Below are positions 61,018 to 64,000 of a stretch of 64,000 nucleotides of DNA, in pieces. A program made the translations under genes and the position numbers. A model generated the notes under the pieces. It had not been told where the DNA came from. It did not search any database and was given only the letters and a program-made list of their open reading frames with translations. Every line of letters begins with the position of its first letter. Positions within the stretch are counted from its first letter, which is position 1. Where the stretch lies: NCBI GenBank assembly GCA_963771465.1, contig CAVYTU010000014.1:960001-1024000 (forward strand), written 5' to 3'. The stretch is from an uncultured delta proteobacterium. GTDB lineage: Bacteria > Desulfobacterota > Binatia > UBA9968.

Positions 61018-62022
61018 TTATTTGCCGCCAAAAATCTCACCGAATAGTTTCTGGTAGTCGCCGAACTTATCGCCGATCTCGGGATCGTTAATATGGAGCT
61101 TCAGATTCTTCGGTACCCAAGCGGGGGCTAGGCCTCGCCGCGCCGGCTGCATGTTTTCACCCAAATAAATCCGCTGGCCTTCCTCGGAAATCAAAAAGTC
61201 CATAAATAACTTGGAGGCGTTGGGATGCGGCGCGTTACGGTTAATTCCGGCCGTTACAGTGTGCACGATGGCGGGTTCCAGGGCTACCCAGTCTAAGGGC
61301 GCCCCGGACTTCTTAGTACGCTCAACATTGTACGCGTACAGATCGATCGCCAGCGGAAGCTCTCCCGCCGCAACCAAATTGCCCAGCAGCGTGGTGCCTG
61401 AGCGCAAGCTGACATTTTGGCGCGCCAGACGCCGCATGTAATCCATGCCCTGTTTCTCGCCTTTGATTTTTATCAGGTTGACGAACCAGACATAGGCGGC
61501 GTCTTCGAGACCGAGCTTGTCTTTCCACTTTGGATTGAGCAGGTCGTCGTAGGAACGCGGCAGATCGCTCTTGGGCACCATTCGAGTGTTGTAAGCGGTC
61601 ACATGAAGAAACATGTAGAGCGCGGTATAAAAACCGTCCCGGTCCTTGAGCTCGTCGGGAATTTGTTTGCGTTCCGGCGAGTCGTATTTCAGCAGCAAGT
61701 TTTTTTTCTTAAAAATATCGATATACCAGTCGGTGGTTCGGAGGATGTCCGCCGAGTGCTTGCCGGCGCGGCTCTCGGTCTCGAAGCGCACTAAGAGCCG
61801 CTGGCTCTGAATGCGAAATTTCTTGGCTTGAATGAAGGGATACTTTTTCGTGAAGCCGCGATTGATATCCTCATCGATCTCGCTGGAGCCGCCGCCGTAC
61901 CAGTTGATTTCTCCCTCTTTCCTGGCGCCTTCGATAACGTCGGCGCTGGCCGCCTCGCTAGTGACCGTGCGCAGTAAGCAGATAAAAAGAGCGGCAAACG
62001 GGATGAAACGATTAATAGGCAT
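61018..62022 (-). CDS. Extracellular solute-binding protein (Fe3+/thiamine-like)
   Basis: GARKEG, AYNTRMV and APHPNASKLFMDFL motifs. Confidence 0.9.
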   Translation of the reverse strand: MPINRFIPFAALFICLLRTVTSEAASADVIEGARKEGEINWYGGGSSEIDEDINRGFTKKYPFIQAKKFRIQSQRLLVRFETESRAGKHSADILRTTDWYIDIFKKKNLLLKYDSPERKQIPDELKDRDGFYTALYMFLHVTAYNTRMVPKSDLPRSYDDLLNPKWKDKLGLEDAAYVWFVNLIKIKGEKQGMDYMRRLARQNVSLRSGTTLLGNLVAAGELPLAIDLYAYNVERTKKSGAPLDWVALEPAIVHTVTAGINRNAPHPNASKLFMDFLISEEGQRIYLGENMQPARRGLAPAWVPKNLKLHINDPEIGDKFGDYQKLFGEIFGGK

Positions 62023-62088
62023 AGACTGACGTCTCCATGATTTTAAAATTTGACGGCATTCGATTTGTACTCTTATACCGGGAGTGAC

Positions 62089-63093
62089 TTACTTTTTGCC
62101 AAACACCTCAGCGAACAGTTTCTGATACTCGCCAACTTTGTCGCCGATGTCGGGATCGTTTACGTGTAATTTAACGTTTTTCGGCAGCCATGGCGCGCTG
62201 ATGCCGCGACGAGTCGGCTGCATGTTTTGGCTCTGATAAATGCGCTGGCCATCTTCCGAAAGCAAAAAATCCATAAACAGTTTGGCCGCGTTGGGGTGCG
62301 GCGCGTTCTTGTTAATGCCCCCGGCGATGGTGTGGACGATCATCGGATCGAAGGCGACCCAGTCGAGCGGCGCGCCGGCTTTCTTTAGCCGCTCGATATC
62401 ATCGGTGTAGAGATCGATGGCGAATGGAATTTCGCCGGCGGCGACCAAGTTGGTAAGTAAACTCGTGCTGGCGCGTAAACTCACGTCTTGGCGCGCTAGC
62501 CGGCGCATGTATTCGATGCCCGGTTTCTCGCCTTTCATCTTGAGCACGTTGACGAACCAGACATAGGCCGCGTCCTCGAGACCGAGCTTGCCTTTCCACT
62601 TGGGATCGAGCAGGTCGTCGTAAGAGCGCGGCAACTCGTTCTTGGGCACCATGCGAGTGTTGTAGGCGAGCGCATGCACTGCCAGATAGAGCGAGGTGTA
62701 GAAGCCGTCCCGGTCCTTCATTTCGTCAGGGATATTTTTTCGCTCCGGCGGATCATATTGGAGTAGCAAGCCTTTTTTCTTGAAGATATCGATATACCAA
62801 TCGGTGGTGCGGACAATGTCGGCGGTGTGTTTGCCGGCGCGGCTCTCGGTTTCGAAACGCACCAGAAGCCGCTGACTTTGTACCCGGGTTTTTCTTGCTT
62901 GGACGAATGGGTATTTCTTCATAAAGCCGCGGTTGATCAGTTCGTCGACCTCGGCTGAACCGCCGCCCATCCAATCCATCGCGCCTTCTTTTTTCGCCCC
63001 TTCTATAAGATCAACGCTGGCGGCGAAACTGGTAGCCGCGCTCGACAAACAAAGCGCCATTGCAGCAAGTAAGAGGTAACGGCGAAACGACAT
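62089..63093 (-). CDS. Extracellular solute-binding protein, tandem duplicate of 61018-62022
   Basis: Both 334 aa with long identical blocks (QSQRLLVRFETESRAGKH, LGLEDAAYVWFVN). Confidence 0.9.
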   Translation of the reverse strand: MSFRRYLLLAAMALCLSSAATSFAASVDLIEGAKKEGAMDWMGGGSAEVDELINRGFMKKYPFVQARKTRVQSQRLLVRFETESRAGKHTADIVRTTDWYIDIFKKKGLLLQYDPPERKNIPDEMKDRDGFYTSLYLAVHALAYNTRMVPKNELPRSYDDLLDPKWKGKLGLEDAAYVWFVNVLKMKGEKPGIEYMRRLARQDVSLRASTSLLTNLVAAGEIPFAIDLYTDDIERLKKAGAPLDWVAFDPMIVHTIAGGINKNAPHPNAAKLFMDFLLSEDGQRIYQSQNMQPTRRGISAPWLPKNVKLHVNDPDIGDKVGEYQKLFAEVFGKK

Positions 63094-63274
63094 AAAGATA
63101 AGCCTCCTTAATGACCGATTAGATCCGGCTAAAACATAGCACAGACAATGGTGGCGATTCCAAATGAAACTTGTGTTGTCAATGTTCTTTTGAAGAGGTA
63201 AACCAACGCTTGACCGGTTGAACAGTCTTCAATAACGTCGTCGGCAGGATTCACGCAAGGACAAAGGAGCTGTC

Positions 63275-64000
63275 ATGTACGATCTCTTACTTAGAGGCGG
63301 ACGCATCTATGATGGTTCGGGGATGCCGAGTTACAACGGCGATATAGGCATTGCCGATGGCAAGATTGCTGACATGGGCCGATTAAGCAGCAGCGCCAAG
63401 CGCACGCTCAACGTCGATGGCCTGGCGGTTTCGCCGGGCTTCATCGATCCGCATACCCATTTGGACGCCCAACTGTTCTGGGACCCGCTGGGCACATCGT
63501 CTTGTTTTCACGGCGTCACGTCTGTGGTCGTCGGCAATTGCGGTTTGAGTCTGGCGCCGGCGAAAGTGGCGGATCGCGAAGCGGTGATCAAAAGCTTCGT
63601 GCGCGTCGAGGCGATCAGCCGGCGCGTGCTTGAAGAAGGCATTCAATGGCGCTGGACTTCCACCGCAGAGTATTTGAATGCCCTCGGGTCAAGTCTCGGC
63701 ATCAATGCCGCGGCGTTGGTCGGTCATATCGCCGTGCGCCACTATGTGATGGGTGAAGATGCCGTCGAGCGCCAAGCGACGCCGGAAGAAATCGCCCAGA
63801 TGAAACAGCTCGTGCGCCAAGGGATGGAGGCCGGCGCGGTGGGCTTCTCCACCAATCAGAATCCGCGCCATATCCGTGAAGACAAAAAACCGGTGGCGAG
63901 CCGGCTCGCATCCGACGAAGAGTTGGGTTCATTGTTAGACGTATTGGGCGAGATGAATGCCGGTGTGGTTCAACTGAGCGGCGGCGGCGCGGATTCCCGC
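63275..64000 (+). CDS. N-acyl-D-amino-acid deacylase family amidohydrolase (Amidohydro_3), 3' truncated by window edge
   Basis: MYDLLLRGGRIYDGSG...PGFIDPHTHLDAQLFWDP...HGVTSVVVGNCG; RBS AAGGAG; absent from the ORF track because it has no stop. Confidence 0.9.
   Translation, partial: MYDLLLRGGRIYDGSGMPSYNGDIGIADGKIADMGRLSSSAKRTLNVDGLAVSPGFIDPHTHLDAQLFWDPLGTSSCFHGVTSVVVGNCGLSLAPAKVADREAVIKSFVRVEAISRRVLEEGIQWRWTSTAEYLNALGSSLGINAAALVGHIAVRHYVMGEDAVERQATPEEIAQMKQLVRQGMEAGAVGFSTNQNPRHIREDKKPVASRLASDEELGSLLDVLGEMNAGVVQLSGGGADSR

Noticed and set aside
1-64000. CRISPR arrays, tRNA, rRNA, riboswitches
   Set aside because: No regularly spaced repeats or recognisable RNA gene signatures seen by eye; a covariance-model search was not possible.

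Overview
GC-rich bacterial chromosomal window. Its content (13 orphan solute-binding proteins, many amidohydrolases) resembles Candidatus Binatia / uncultured Deltaproteobacteria-type genomes, which is an inference from gene content only. The left half (1.9-31 kb) is an accessory mosaic. It holds an IS3 scar, a degenerate attC-like site beside an SMI1/KNR4 gene, scattered GGGGTCA-N11/12-TGAC junction motifs and stranded 3' ends of genes. It also carries a frameshifted, thioesterase-less NRPS cluster (predicted Ile/Val-Pro-Ala plus a stand-alone A-PCP), an SBP + extradiol dioxygenase pair, and a Wzx flippase + PglB/STT3 oligosaccharyltransferase beside a broken PEP-CTERM gene. The right half (31-64 kb) is a catabolic region of SBPs without permeases or ATPases, amidohydrolases, two MmgE/PrpD proteins, a DRE-TIM enzyme, ptsP and a CapA-family protein. 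The best candidate for an undescribed system is a compact three-gene operon (53.6-56.5 kb): a short BoxB-like di-iron aryl-CoA epoxidase, a thioredoxin-like [2Fe-2S] ferredoxin and a stand-alone NuoF-like flavoprotein. It is bounded by a perfect 22-bp PaaR-type operator and an intrinsic terminator. Many frameshifts look like long-read indel errors. No rRNA, tRNA or CRISPR array was seen. All calls are from reading the sequence by eye, with no database searches.
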